Below are positions 22,656 to 31,637 of a DNA stretch of 64,000 nt, piece by piece. Origin of the DNA: an uncultured Clostridium sp. GTDB lineage: Bacteria; Bacillota; Clostridia; Christensenellales; CAG-138. The position numbers were made by a program, and so were the translations under genes. The notes under the pieces are model-generated. The model ran no database searches. It worked only from the letters and a program-made list of their open reading frames with translations, and was not told the origin of the DNA. The stretch is from NCBI GenBank assembly GCA_964612925.1, contig CAZTFU010000001.1:81958-145957 (forward strand), written 5' to 3'. How positions within the stretch are numbered: the stretch's first letter is position 1; every line of letters starts with the position of its first letter.

Positions 22656-23383
22656 AATATGCCGCAAAAACCGTGACCGGAAGAAGGGCTCAGAATCAGG
22701 ATGCCGTGTTTATTCCAAAGGACGGTTTTATAGCCATGGCCGCCGTTGCCGACGGAATGGGCGGGCACAACGCGGGGGATATTGCAAGCGCGCTTGCGAT
22801 AAAGACGCTTGTTGAGAATATGGTAAACGAATCCGTGGGTTCGGTAAAGGAAAGGCTGATACATGCTGTTAACTTGGCAAATTCGGCCGTGTATGAGCTT
22901 TCACTTTCAAATGATGCATATAAGGGTATGGGCACAACGCTTGTTGCGGCTATACTTGAAAATGATAGATTTACAGCCGCGAATGTCGGTGACAGTCGAT
23001 TGTATTATTATGACGGTACAACAATAACGCAGATAACCGAGGATCACTCCTACGTGGCTCAGCTTGCGGCACTTGGCTACATAAGCAGAGAAGAAATTGC
23101 GCACCATCCGCAGCGCAATCTTATAACCCGCGCCGTAGGCACGCGACCCGTAGAGAGGGTGGACATATTTGAACATACATGGAAAAAGGGCGATAAGCTC
23201 CTTCTGTGCAGTGATGGCCTATACGGCGAGCTCAGCGAAGATGAGTTACTTGCATTGTTAAACTGTGCCGAGGATGAATTGGATGAAAGCTGTGAGGCAC
23301 TTGTTGAACGTGCATTCAACGCGGGCAGCAGGGACAATATCAGTGCCGTTATTATCTGTAACGATGAGGATGGTGCTGTATGA
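22652..23383 (+). CDS. stp: PP2C-family Ser/Thr phosphatase (Stp/PrpC)
   Basis: NQDA..., ADGMGGH and the NVGDSR...CSDGL...DNIS PP2C motifs. Translationally coupled to the kinase gene. Confidence 0.92.
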   Translation: MKYAAKTVTGRRAQNQDAVFIPKDGFIAMAAVADGMGGHNAGDIASALAIKTLVENMVNESVGSVKERLIHAVNLANSAVYELSLSNDAYKGMGTTLVAAILENDRFTAANVGDSRLYYYDGTTITQITEDHSYVAQLAALGYISREEIAHHPQRNLITRAVGTRPVERVDIFEHTWKKGDKLLLCSDGLYGELSEDELLALLNCAEDELDESCEALVERAFNAGSRDNISAVIICNDEDGAV

Positions 23384-25233
23384 TAGGAAAAATAATCTCC
23401 GGAAGGTATACGGTTGAATCACTTATCGGTTCGGGCGGAATGGCAAATGTATATAAAGCGTACGATTCGGTGCTGTGCCGCACGGTGGCATTAAAGGTAC
23501 TTAAAGAGGAACATCGCGAAGACAAGGAATTCGTGCGCAGATTTGAGCGTGAGGCGCGCGCCGTGCTCAGCCTTTCGCATGATAACATTGTTCACTCCTA
23601 TGCCGTTGGTGAAGATGACGGCGTAAGTTACATAGTGCTTGAGTATGTTGAAGGCAGTACGTTAAAGGAACTGATAAAAAGTGATGGTCCCATGTCACCC
23701 AAAGTGGCGGTGAACATTGCGTGCCAGGTGCTGGATGCACTTTCTCATGCGCATCAAAAGGGTATAATACATCGCGACATAAAGCCGCAGAATGTTATAA
23801 TAACTCCGCGCGGTAAGGCAAAGCTTACCGATTTTGGCATAGCAAGAGATGTTGCCGCAACAACACGCACGTTTGCGGGCTCCAATACGGTTATGGGATC
23901 GGTACACTATATTTCACCCGAACAAGCAAGGGGAGAGGACGTTACCGCCGCATCGGACATATACTCGTGTTCCGTAATGCTTTATGAAATGCTTACGGGC
24001 ACTGTGCCGTTTGGCGGGGACAACTCGGTTGCAATAGCGTTAAAGCATTTGCAGGAGGATATGATACCGCCTACGGAGCTTAATCCAAAGGTATCAAGTG
24101 CATTAAGCGATGTTGTGCTGAAGGCCGCAAGCAAGGAACCTTCTGCACGCTACCCTTCCGCACGGCAGATGAAAACGGATCTTTTACGAGCACTTAGAGA
24201 ACCGCACGGTAAATTTGCCCGCATGGACAGCGAACATATACCGCAGGCAAAGCATTCTTCACACGGAGTGATGAACATAGTTATAATGCTCATGGTAATA
24301 CTCGGACTGTTCACCATGTTGTTCTTTATTGCACGTTCCGTAAAGGACGACAATGGCAGCCTTGCGGCAACGGAATACATAATTCCCACCGTTACGGGCA
24401 AAAAGCTTGAAGAGGCCATAGAAATAGCCAAGCTGCGGGGCTTTGAAATACAGGTTGAGGAATACAAGACCGCAGATCAGGAGGAAGGCACGGTACTTGA
24501 ACAGTCACCCGATGCAGGAACCTCATCAAAGCAGGGTGATACCATACTTGTGGTCATAAGCTCCGGCAACAGTTATATAAGCGTGCCCGATCTTACGGGC
24601 AAAACGTTGCAGGATGCCGCAGACTTGGTGTGGGGCATGGAACTTGAGCTTGGTGATCCGCAATACGTTACAAGTGACCTTCCCAATGGACAGATAGTGC
24701 GTCAGGAGCCGACAGCGGGTACGGATACCTTTGTCGGTGACGTTATAGATGTTTGGATAAGCGGTACTCCGGGCAAAACAACACAGATGCCGGACGTTAT
24801 GACGCTTGAACTTTCAAAGGCGATAGAATTGCTGAGAGAAGAAGGCTTTGATAAAATAAGAATTCGCGCCGTACAGCCGGGTGAACAGATAGCGGCAGAG
24901 GAATCGGTTATAGCGCAAAGCCCGTCAGCAGGAATACCCGCAACCGAGGATGCCGTTGTAGAACTGAGCATCTGCCGATCAAATCAGGGCAAATACGCCG
25001 CAGACTTGGCGTTTAACCTTGATATAGATTCGGCACCAGGAAACGTGGTTGTAACGGCAAAGCTTGAAGACGGACTTGAGATGGTGGTTTACGAAGCGAC
25101 CCTTCCTACAGGTGTTCAGCAAAGCGTATCGTTTACGGCTTACCTTAAAAAAGGCGGTCAATATGAATGTATTGTATACGTTGACGGCGCGGTAGTTAGA
25201 AGCGGACAGATAAACTTTGAATACAGGAGATAA
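23380..25233 (+). CDS. prkC: PASTA-domain Ser/Thr protein kinase (PrkC/PknB-type)
   Basis: Hanks kinase motifs (GSGGMANVYKA, HRDIKPQN, DFGIA), one TM segment and three extracellular PASTA-like repeats. Confidence 0.93.
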   Translation: MIGKIISGRYTVESLIGSGGMANVYKAYDSVLCRTVALKVLKEEHREDKEFVRRFEREARAVLSLSHDNIVHSYAVGEDDGVSYIVLEYVEGSTLKELIKSDGPMSPKVAVNIACQVLDALSHAHQKGIIHRDIKPQNVIITPRGKAKLTDFGIARDVAATTRTFAGSNTVMGSVHYISPEQARGEDVTAASDIYSCSVMLYEMLTGTVPFGGDNSVAIALKHLQEDMIPPTELNPKVSSALSDVVLKAASKEPSARYPSARQMKTDLLRALREPHGKFARMDSEHIPQAKHSSHGVMNIVIMLMVILGLFTMLFFIARSVKDDNGSLAATEYIIPTVTGKKLEEAIEIAKLRGFEIQVEEYKTADQEEGTVLEQSPDAGTSSKQGDTILVVISSGNSYISVPDLTGKTLQDAADLVWGMELELGDPQYVTSDLPNGQIVRQEPTAGTDTFVGDVIDVWISGTPGKTTQMPDVMTLELSKAIELLREEGFDKIRIRAVQPGEQIAAEESVIAQSPSAGIPATEDAVVELSICRSNQGKYAADLAFNLDIDSAPGNVVVTAKLEDGLEMVVYEATLPTGVQQSVSFTAYLKKGGQYECIVYVDGAVVRSGQINFEYRR

Positions 25234-25236
25234 TCA

Positions 25237-26115
25237 ATGGCTGATACAGGACTTATCCTCAAAGGCGTAGGCGGGTTCTACACGGTGCTTTGCGGCAACG
25301 GAGAAGAATTGGTCTGCCGTGCACGCGGAAGGTTCAGAAAGGAAGGAATAACCCCTTCCGTGGGGGATAGAGTAGAATACATTCAGGACGGAGAAGGGCG
25401 TTCCATCGTCGGCATATTGCCGCGGCGGAATGAGTTCATTCGTCCTGCTGTTGCCAATCTTGATAAATTGATGATAGTTGCATCCTTATCCGCACCGAAA
25501 GCGGACCTTCTGCTTATGGATAAGCTGATTATCCGCTGTGAAAAACACAATGTAGAACCCGTTATCATACTAAATAAATACGATGAAGCGGATGAGAAAG
25601 CATTATATGATATACGCACTCAATATGCACCAACGGGATATACCATAATTGTTGCATCGGCGGCAAACGGCGTTGGCATAGAAGAAATAAAGGCTGAAAT
25701 AGCGGGCAACATATGCTGCTTTGCGGGGCAAAGTGCGGTTGGAAAATCGTCGCTTATAAATGCCGTTGTACCGGGGCTTTGCCTTGAAACGGGCGGGCTG
25801 TCAAGAAAAACGGATCGTGGCAGACACACCACGCGCCATGCGCAACTTTGGCAGGTATGCGGCGGGGCGGTGCTTGATACGCCAGGATTCAGCCTGCTTG
25901 AGGCGGACGAAATGGAGCCTGAGGAATTATGCGAATACTATAGGGAAATGCGCGGCAAGCGCACAGGATGCCGCTTTGGAGAGTGTTTACACCGCAGCGA
26001 ACCGGATTGTGCCGTTAAGCCGCTTATAGGCCGCGAGCTTTCAGCACAGCGATATGAACGGTACCTTACCATATTGGATGAATTGATAGAAAAGAGGAAA
26101 CACAAGTATGACTAA
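25237..26115 (+). CDS. rsgA: ribosome small-subunit biogenesis GTPase RsgA
   Basis: Circularly permuted GTPase (LNKYD, GQSAVGKSSLIN, DTPGF) and a C-terminal zinc motif (C..C.H...P.C). Confidence 0.93.
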   Translation: MADTGLILKGVGGFYTVLCGNGEELVCRARGRFRKEGITPSVGDRVEYIQDGEGRSIVGILPRRNEFIRPAVANLDKLMIVASLSAPKADLLLMDKLIIRCEKHNVEPVIILNKYDEADEKALYDIRTQYAPTGYTIIVASAANGVGIEEIKAEIAGNICCFAGQSAVGKSSLINAVVPGLCLETGGLSRKTDRGRHTTRHAQLWQVCGGAVLDTPGFSLLEADEMEPEELCEYYREMRGKRTGCRFGECLHRSEPDCAVKPLIGRELSAQRYERYLTILDELIEKRKHKYD

Positions 26116-26755
26116 AATTGCACCGAGCCTTTTGTCAGCCGACTTTGCAAACATGGGAGCGGCAACCGAGCACCTTAAGGAATGGAATGCGGACATGGCA
26201 CATTTTGACGTTATGGACGGCACGTTTGTACCTACGATAACGTTTGGACCTGCCATGTGTGCGGCTATACGTCCGTATGCGGATATGCCGATTGATGTTC
26301 ATATAATGGTTGAGCATCCCGAAACTTATATTGAACCGTTTGCAAAGGCGGGTGCCGATTACCTGACGTTTCATGTCGAGGCGGACAGACACGCACACAG
26401 AACGCTTCAGGCAATACGAAAAGCGGGCATGAAGGCGGGAATAGCACTGAACCCCGGAACTCCCGTCGAAATGGTGGAGTATCTCTTGGCGGAGTGCGAT
26501 CTTGTGCTTGTTATGAGCGTAAACCCGGGTGCGGGCGGGCAAAGCTTTATAGAAACGGTGCTTAACAAAATAGAGCGTTTGAAGGCAATGCGGCAGCAAT
26601 ACGGCTATTCATACGAAATAGAGATAGACGGCGGCATAAACGAGCATACGGCAAAGCTTGCAATAAATGCCGGTGCGGATATTTTAGTTTCGGGGAGCAG
26701 CGTTTTTAAGGCGAACGATCCTAAGGCACTGATAGCCAAAATGAAGGGCCAATAA
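26108..26755 (+). CDS. rpe: ribulose-phosphate 3-epimerase
   Basis: IAPSLLSADF, HFDVMDG.FVPTITFG, MSVNPG.GGQ.F and the DGG motifs. Confidence 0.95.
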   Translation: MTKIAPSLLSADFANMGAATEHLKEWNADMAHFDVMDGTFVPTITFGPAMCAAIRPYADMPIDVHIMVEHPETYIEPFAKAGADYLTFHVEADRHAHRTLQAIRKAGMKAGIALNPGTPVEMVEYLLAECDLVLVMSVNPGAGGQSFIETVLNKIERLKAMRQQYGYSYEIEIDGGINEHTAKLAINAGADILVSGSSVFKANDPKALIAKMKGQ

Positions 26756-26817
26756 AAATTTTTTGTAGATATTGTGGGGATAAATCAACTTTTATCTCCA
26801 CTTATGAAAAATAATGC

Positions 26818-26845
26818 TTGCAATGAGTCGGGTTTTGTGTATAAT
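26818..26845 (+). promoter_or_regulatory. putative sigma-70 promoter of the tRNA-Val/tRNA-Gln unit
   Basis: TTGCAA (26818-26823), 16-nt spacer, TATAAT (26840-26845), 20 nt upstream of tRNA-Val. Confidence 0.55.
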
Positions 26846-26865
26846 AATATGTGCGTCAAGCGAAT

Positions 26866-26942
26866 GGGGTTATAGCTCAGCTGGTCAGAGCGCTACGTTG
26901 ACATCGTAGAGGTCGTTGGTTCGATCCCAACTAATCCCACCA
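26866..26942 (+). tRNA. tRNA-Val (anticodon GAC), CCA encoded
   Basis: Hand-folded cloverleaf. Acceptor GGGGTTA/TAATCCC (one G-U pair), D arm GCTC/GAGC, anticodon stem CTACG/CGTAG with loop TTGACAT, T arm GTTGG-TTCGATC-CCAAC, then ACCA. Confidence 0.9.
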
Positions 26943-27126
26943 AAATAATCCTGCGGTGTGCGTAAGCTCCTGTGTATAAACCCACAGAATAACTACGGGA
27001 GCACGATTGTGTGGCAGATGTCGAGCCGGCTTGACCGGATGGCAGTAACCCAGCAGAGCGCACCCACCTGCCGAGAGGCGGGTGTTATATAAGGAGCTAC
27101 GGCATCTTGGGATTATAAGCATTCTT
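26943..27126 (+). ncRNA. structured 184-nt spacer between the two tRNAs; candidate unclassified small RNA
   Basis: End-to-end closing helix ATAATCC(T)/(G)GGGATTAT, hairpins CTGTG..CACAG, CCGG-CTTGA-CCGG and CACCTGCC-GAGA-GGCGGGTG (GNRA loop). GCTCC (26966-26970) can pair with either of two GGAGC copies. No class assigned. Confidence 0.3.
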
Positions 27127-27200
27127 TGCGGAATTGTGTAATGGTAGCACCTACGACTCTGACTCGTATTGTCTAGGTTCGAATCCTAGTTCCGCAGCCA
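27127..27200 (+). tRNA. tRNA-Gln (anticodon CTG), CCA encoded
   Basis: Acceptor TGCGGAA/TTCCGCA with the U1-A72 pair typical of bacterial tRNA-Gln. Anticodon stem TACGA/TCGTA with loop CTCTGAC, T arm CTAGG-TTCGAAT-CCTAG, then GCCA. Confidence 0.88.
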
Positions 27201-27236
27201 AAAGCACATCTGAGAAATCAGATGTGCTTTTCTGTT
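27201..27236 (+). terminator. rho-independent terminator of the tRNA unit
   Basis: AAAGCACATCTGA-gaaa-TCAGATGTGCTTT followed by TCTGTT. Confidence 0.85.
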
Positions 27237-27410
27237 ATCCCGTAAAATCGTCGGATAAAGCTTTTGAATTGAGCCGAAAAATAGCTTTGTATTCCTATAA
27301 AAGCATTGCTTAAACAGCCTATAGGCAGCTTTGATGCCTACGCACAATAATTGCCGTATTGTGCCGTGCACTGTTATGATGACAAACAGAGACGGAGGAG
27401 ACACATGCGT

Positions 27411-27449
27411 ATATAAAGCAGCAGCACCCGATATAGAATCGGATGCTGC
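27411..27449 (-). terminator. putative terminator of the peptide ABC operon
   Basis: GCAGCATCCGAT-tctata-ATCGGGTGCTGC (one mismatch) followed by TGCTTTATAT on the minus strand, 32 nt after the ATPase gene stop. Confidence 0.5.
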
Positions 27450-27480
27450 TTAGGAGAACTATGAAAAAGCCGGCGGCGAA

Positions 27481-29502
27481 TTAGTCATTGTTCTGCATTT
27501 TTGCAAGCTTTTCACGATACTGTTCAAGCTCGTAATTGTTGCAGGTGATAAAGTGATTCGGGCGAATCTCAACCCAAGTCGGCTTATCAACGGTGTAATT
27601 GTGTATGGAAGGATCATACACTTCAAGCACCTTATTTTTCTCCTCACGCGGGTCGGGCTGAGGAATAGCGGAAAGCAACGCGCGCGTATAAGGATGCAAC
27701 GGGTAGGCAAAGAGCTCTTCCGTATCTGCAAGCTCAACTATTACGCCCTTGTGTATAACCGCAATACGGTCCGCTATGAAGCGCATAACGGAAAGGTCGT
27801 GCGATATGAACAGATAAGTAAGGTCACGCTGCTGCTGCATTGCCGAAAGCAGATTGAGCACCTGTGCACGGATGGACACGTCAAGTGCGGATATGGGCTC
27901 GTCGGCAATAATGAAGTCAGGCTCCATTATAAGGCTGCGTGCTACGCCGATACGCTGACGCTGACCGCCTGAGAACTCATGCGGGAAGCGGCTTGCAAAC
28001 TCGGGCAGCAGACCAACGTCGTTAAGCACCTGAGCAACGCGTTTGGAACGCTCTTCCTTGGTCATTTCGGGGTGAATGTTCATAAGACCCTCAGACACGA
28101 TGTAGTCAACCTTAGCACGCTCGTTGAGCGAAGCCATGGGATCCTGGAATATCATCTGAATCTGTTGGGTTATCTTATGGTCAAGCTCCTTTGAAATCTT
28201 GCCGCTTATGCGTTCGCCCTTAAAGCGAATTTCGCCCTTGGCGGCGGGATTTATACGGATTATGGCGCGTCCTATGGTCGTCTTGCCGGAGCCGGATTCG
28301 CCCACGAGACCGAACGTTTCACCCTTGTAAATATCAAAGCTTACGCCTTTAACCGCAACAAACGGGTGACGGTTGGAACCGAACTGAACAACAAGGTCTT
28401 TCACTTCAAGAAGCTTTTCGGTGAACTGACGCTTGTTAGTTTCGATATTCTTTGCGTTATATTCGCGTGCCTTTGCTATGGATGTGTTGGGAGGCTCCAC
28501 TTTGGGTGCGCGGGGATCCAGCAGCCATGTACGCGCCTTGTGGGTCGGAGAAACCTCAAAATAAGGCGGACGCTCCAAAAGGTCTATCTGCATGGCATAG
28601 CGGTTACGCGGCGCAAATGCATCACCGTTTATTTCCATAAACAGGTTCGGCGGGGTACCCTCTATCGAGTAGAGAGGCTGACCCTTTATACCCAGCTGAG
28701 GCAGGGAAGACAGCAGCGCCCATGTATAAGGATGCTTGGGCGTGTAGAATATTTCCTCGGTGGTGCCGATTTCGATTATATCGCCGGCATACATTACCGC
28801 TACGCGATCCGCAACGTTTGCAACAACGCCAAGGTCGTGCGTAATGTATATTATCGTAAGGTGATACTTGTTCTGCAGACCCCTGAGAAGCGCAAGTATC
28901 TGTGCCTGTATGGTAACGTCAAGGGCGGTGGTTGGTTCATCGCAAACCAGTATCTTGGGATTGCAGGCGATGGCTATAGCTATAACAACACGCTGACGCA
29001 TACCGCCGGAAAACTCATGCGGATAATCCTTTATGCGCTTTTCAGGCTCGAGTATACCGACATCGCTGAGTATCTCTATGGCCTTCTCGTGAGCCTCAAC
29101 GCCCTTTAAGCCCTGGTGCAGTTCAAGTGCTTCACATATCTGCTTGCCAACGGTCTGAAGAGGGTCGAGGGAGGTCATGGGATCCTGGAAAACTATAGCT
29201 ATTTCCTTACCGCGGATCTTAGTCCATTCTTCATTGGTCTTGTATTTTGCAATATCAACGCCGTTGTACCAAATTTCGCCGGAATCCACCCAACCGTTTT
29301 TATCCAGCATTCCTATAAAGGATTTGCAGAATACGCTTTTGCCGGAGCCGGATTCACCGACTATTGCAAGGCTTTCGCCCTTGTGAAGGTCAAGGCTTAC
29401 TTCGCGCAAGGCAGTAAGCTCCTGCCCACGGACGGAGAACTTTACTACAAGGTCTTTTACCGAAAGGATGACGTCATTTTCTTTCTTAACATTCTGTTCC
29501 AT
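27481..29502 (-). CDS. fused tandem ABC ATPase of an Opp/Dpp-type peptide transporter (OppD-OppF fusion)
   Basis: Two complete nucleotide-binding domains in one 673-aa ORF. Walker A is GESGSGKS twice, the signature is FSGGMRQR and FSGGQRQR, and Walker B is [11 protein letters not shown] and [11 protein letters not shown]. Each domain carries an oligopeptide-type C-terminal extension. Confidence 0.9.
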   Translation of the reverse strand: MEQNVKKENDVILSVKDLVVKFSVRGQELTALREVSLDLHKGESLAIVGESGSGKSVFCKSFIGMLDKNGWVDSGEIWYNGVDIAKYKTNEEWTKIRGKEIAIVFQDPMTSLDPLQTVGKQICEALELHQGLKGVEAHEKAIEILSDVGILEPEKRIKDYPHEFSGGMRQRVVIAIAIACNPKILVCDEPTTALDVTIQAQILALLRGLQNKYHLTIIYITHDLGVVANVADRVAVMYAGDIIEIGTTEEIFYTPKHPYTWALLSSLPQLGIKGQPLYSIEGTPPNLFMEINGDAFAPRNRYAMQIDLLERPPYFEVSPTHKARTWLLDPRAPKVEPPNTSIAKAREYNAKNIETNKRQFTEKLLEVKDLVVQFGSNRHPFVAVKGVSFDIYKGETFGLVGESGSGKTTIGRAIIRINPAAKGEIRFKGERISGKISKELDHKITQQIQMIFQDPMASLNERAKVDYIVSEGLMNIHPEMTKEERSKRVAQVLNDVGLLPEFASRFPHEFSGGQRQRIGVARSLIMEPDFIIADEPISALDVSIRAQVLNLLSAMQQQRDLTYLFISHDLSVMRFIADRIAVIHKGVIVELADTEELFAYPLHPYTRALLSAIPQPDPREEKNKVLEVYDPSIHNYTVDKPTWVEIRPNHFITCNNYELEQYREKLAKMQNND

Positions 29503-29519
29503 ATTATGTCATTCCCTCC

Positions 29520-30485
29520 TTACAGGTGATTGCGCGGGTCGGAAGCGTCCGCAAATTTGTTACCCAGCACATAGAAGCATATCGTTACGGCTGCAAGCAC
29601 AGCAGACGGGAACAACATCTGGTACATCTGGGAAGGATTCATCATTACCTTACGTCCATCTTCTATAAGGTTGCCGAGGGTAGGAGTATCTACCGGCAAA
29701 CCAAGGCCAACGTAGGTAAGGAAAACTTCGGAACCTATAACGCCGGGGATGGACAGAGCCATATCCATCATAACAACGCTTACAACCTGCGGTAGCAGAT
29801 TCCTTACGATAACGCGGGTGGTAGGAGTACCCAAGCAACGCGATGCAAGGTTGTATTCGCGGTCACGCACTATTATGATAAGGTTACGTATCCACTTTGC
29901 CATACCAATCCAGTTGGTCAAGCACATTGCAAGTATCATGGTTTTAAGGCTTGGACGCATAACGTATGCAAGCAAAGTTCTCAAAATCGTGGTAGGTATA
30001 TTGTTCATAACGTTGTAGATTTCCGTTATGATCGGGTCAAGCGGGCGCACATAGCCCCAAATCGCACCTATGGTTATACCGATTACGGTAGAGCTCAGAA
30101 CCGCTATAAGTGCTATGAACAGAGATGTGCGGGTGCCGCTCCAAATACGGGCCCACAAATCCTGACCTATGGAGTTGGTACCGAACCAGAATTCACTGTT
30201 AGGCTCAAGGTTGCGGTACTGTCTGCCGGTTTCGGGGTTAAGGAATATTTCCGTTGCACTCTTCTGACCGGGCAGAATGGGCTGTATGAACGTAAACAGC
30301 AGTATTGCCAAAAGGAAATACACGGCTATTTTGGTTGATGTATGGCTCATGAACACCCTGAATGTGCTCTTCCAGTATGAGTAGCCGGAATAAGCCATTG
30401 ATTCGGACTTTTTGCTGTCAAAAGCAACAAAGCTGAAAAGCTGTTCATCACTCATTTTGTTCATTTCGTTAAGAACTTTAGACAT
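29520..30485 (-). CDS. ABC transporter permease (OppC/DppC-like)
   Basis: Six-TM binding-protein-dependent permease with the EAA-type loop; adjacent to OppB-like. Confidence 0.88.
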   Translation of the reverse strand: MSKVLNEMNKMSDEQLFSFVAFDSKKSESMAYSGYSYWKSTFRVFMSHTSTKIAVYFLLAILLFTFIQPILPGQKSATEIFLNPETGRQYRNLEPNSEFWFGTNSIGQDLWARIWSGTRTSLFIALIAVLSSTVIGITIGAIWGYVRPLDPIITEIYNVMNNIPTTILRTLLAYVMRPSLKTMILAMCLTNWIGMAKWIRNLIIIVRDREYNLASRCLGTPTTRVIVRNLLPQVVSVVMMDMALSIPGVIGSEVFLTYVGLGLPVDTPTLGNLIEDGRKVMMNPSQMYQMLFPSAVLAAVTICFYVLGNKFADASDPRNHL

Positions 30486-31441
30486 TACCTGCTGCCTCCC
30501 TTCTTGTTACCGAGCGTAATACGCGGGTCGCAAACCATCATTGCAAGGTCACCAAGCAGAAGAGCTATAACACTCAGTGCCGCATAGAAAAGGGCAAGGA
30601 ACTGAACAAGGTTGTTATCCTGCACCTGAATTGCCTTGACCAAAAGGCCGCCGGTACCCGGTATGGAATAAAGAGATTCAATGTAAAGCGAACCTGATAT
30701 TGTGAATATAATAGAGCCGGGAAGAATCTGCGCAAAGGGAGCAAATGCGTTACGCAGAACGTGCTTGCGCATTATCTGCTTCTCGGAAAGGCCCTTTGCA
30801 CGAGCAAGCTTAACATAATCGGAGTTTATTTGGTCTATCATGTAGCGGCGTATCCACATAGCATTGCTTGCTATGCCGCCAAGTGCCATGGACAGCACGG
30901 GTAGGATATATGTTATTATCTTATCCTCCTTATACAACATGCTTATATTAAGCACCTTTGTACCGAAAAATTGCAAAAACAGATATATAACCATGGAAGG
31001 CATTGCTTCAATAAACATAATGTAAGCGTTGCCGATATGGTCTATGGTTTTGCCATAATTACGAACCATCAGCAGGCCAAGCGCTATACCGAGTGAAAGC
31101 GACGTGACCAATGAAAGTGCGCCAAAACGGAAGGAGGGCAGGAACTTGGGCGCCACAACGTCCCAAACGGGCTTGCCATAGTAATATGTTATGGAATCGC
31201 CAAAGTCACCGTTGAGAAATACGTTCTTCAAATAAATCCATAGCTGGACGTATACGGGCTTATCCAAACCGAGTTTTGCAAGCACGGCCTGCTTAACGGT
31301 ATCGTCCATTTTGTCAGCGCGGTCACCATAGTAGGTTTCTACGGGAAGAAGACGCATTAAGCAGAAAACCAATACCAATACCAGAACAAGCGAGATCAAG
31401 GATCTACCTAAACGTCCCAATATATACTTAATAATTTCCAA
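30485..31441 (-). CDS. ABC transporter permease (OppB/DppB-like)
   Basis: The MEIIKYILGRLGRSLISLVLV N-terminus is typical of OppB-family permeases. Contains the YVKLARAKGLSEKQIMRKHVLRNA EAA loop. Confidence 0.88.
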   Translation of the reverse strand: MEIIKYILGRLGRSLISLVLVLVLVFCLMRLLPVETYYGDRADKMDDTVKQAVLAKLGLDKPVYVQLWIYLKNVFLNGDFGDSITYYYGKPVWDVVAPKFLPSFRFGALSLVTSLSLGIALGLLMVRNYGKTIDHIGNAYIMFIEAMPSMVIYLFLQFFGTKVLNISMLYKEDKIITYILPVLSMALGGIASNAMWIRRYMIDQINSDYVKLARAKGLSEKQIMRKHVLRNAFAPFAQILPGSIIFTISGSLYIESLYSIPGTGGLLVKAIQVQDNNLVQFLALFYAALSVIALLLGDLAMMVCDPRITLGNKKGGSR

Positions 31442-31570
31442 TTAAGTGTACTCCTTTTCTTAAAATTTGTCTTTAGCAGCTTACCGCCTGCTATTGACTT
31501 CCTGCGAACAGGGAGCCATATGTGCCTCTTGCACCCAGGAAGCCGGGCAGCATTCTGCATTTTTTTGGGA

Positions 31571-31600
31571 AGGAGCCGCACCGCATGAGCGGTGCGGCTC
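31571..31600 (-). other. intercistronic GC-rich stem-loop between the binding-protein and permease genes
   Basis: GGAGCCGCACCGC-atga-GCGGTGCGGCTCC, a perfect 13-bp stem with no following U-tract on the coding (minus) strand. Plausibly an mRNA-stabilising or partial-attenuation hairpin. Confidence 0.6.
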
Positions 31601-31637
31601 CGAAACAGTTTACCTTAATTCGGGTTGGAATTGACTA

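Noticed and set aside
26756-26815. Hairpin GTGGGGATAAA-tcaac-TTTATCTCCAC after rpe as a terminator
   Set aside because: The stem is AT-rich and is not followed by a T-tract. Plausible but weak, so it is not listed as a feature.
26943-27126. Assignment of the tRNA spacer to 6S RNA or small SRP RNA
   Set aside because: It lacks the SRP domain-IV motif (GGAA tetraloop with flanking AGCA/GUC(A)GG). The interior folds into several separate hairpins rather than the rod with central bubble expected of 6S. I kept it as an unclassified candidate only.
27186-27404. 72-aa minus-strand ORF
   Set aside because: It overlaps tRNA-Gln and its terminator, and has no RBS or recognisable protein features.
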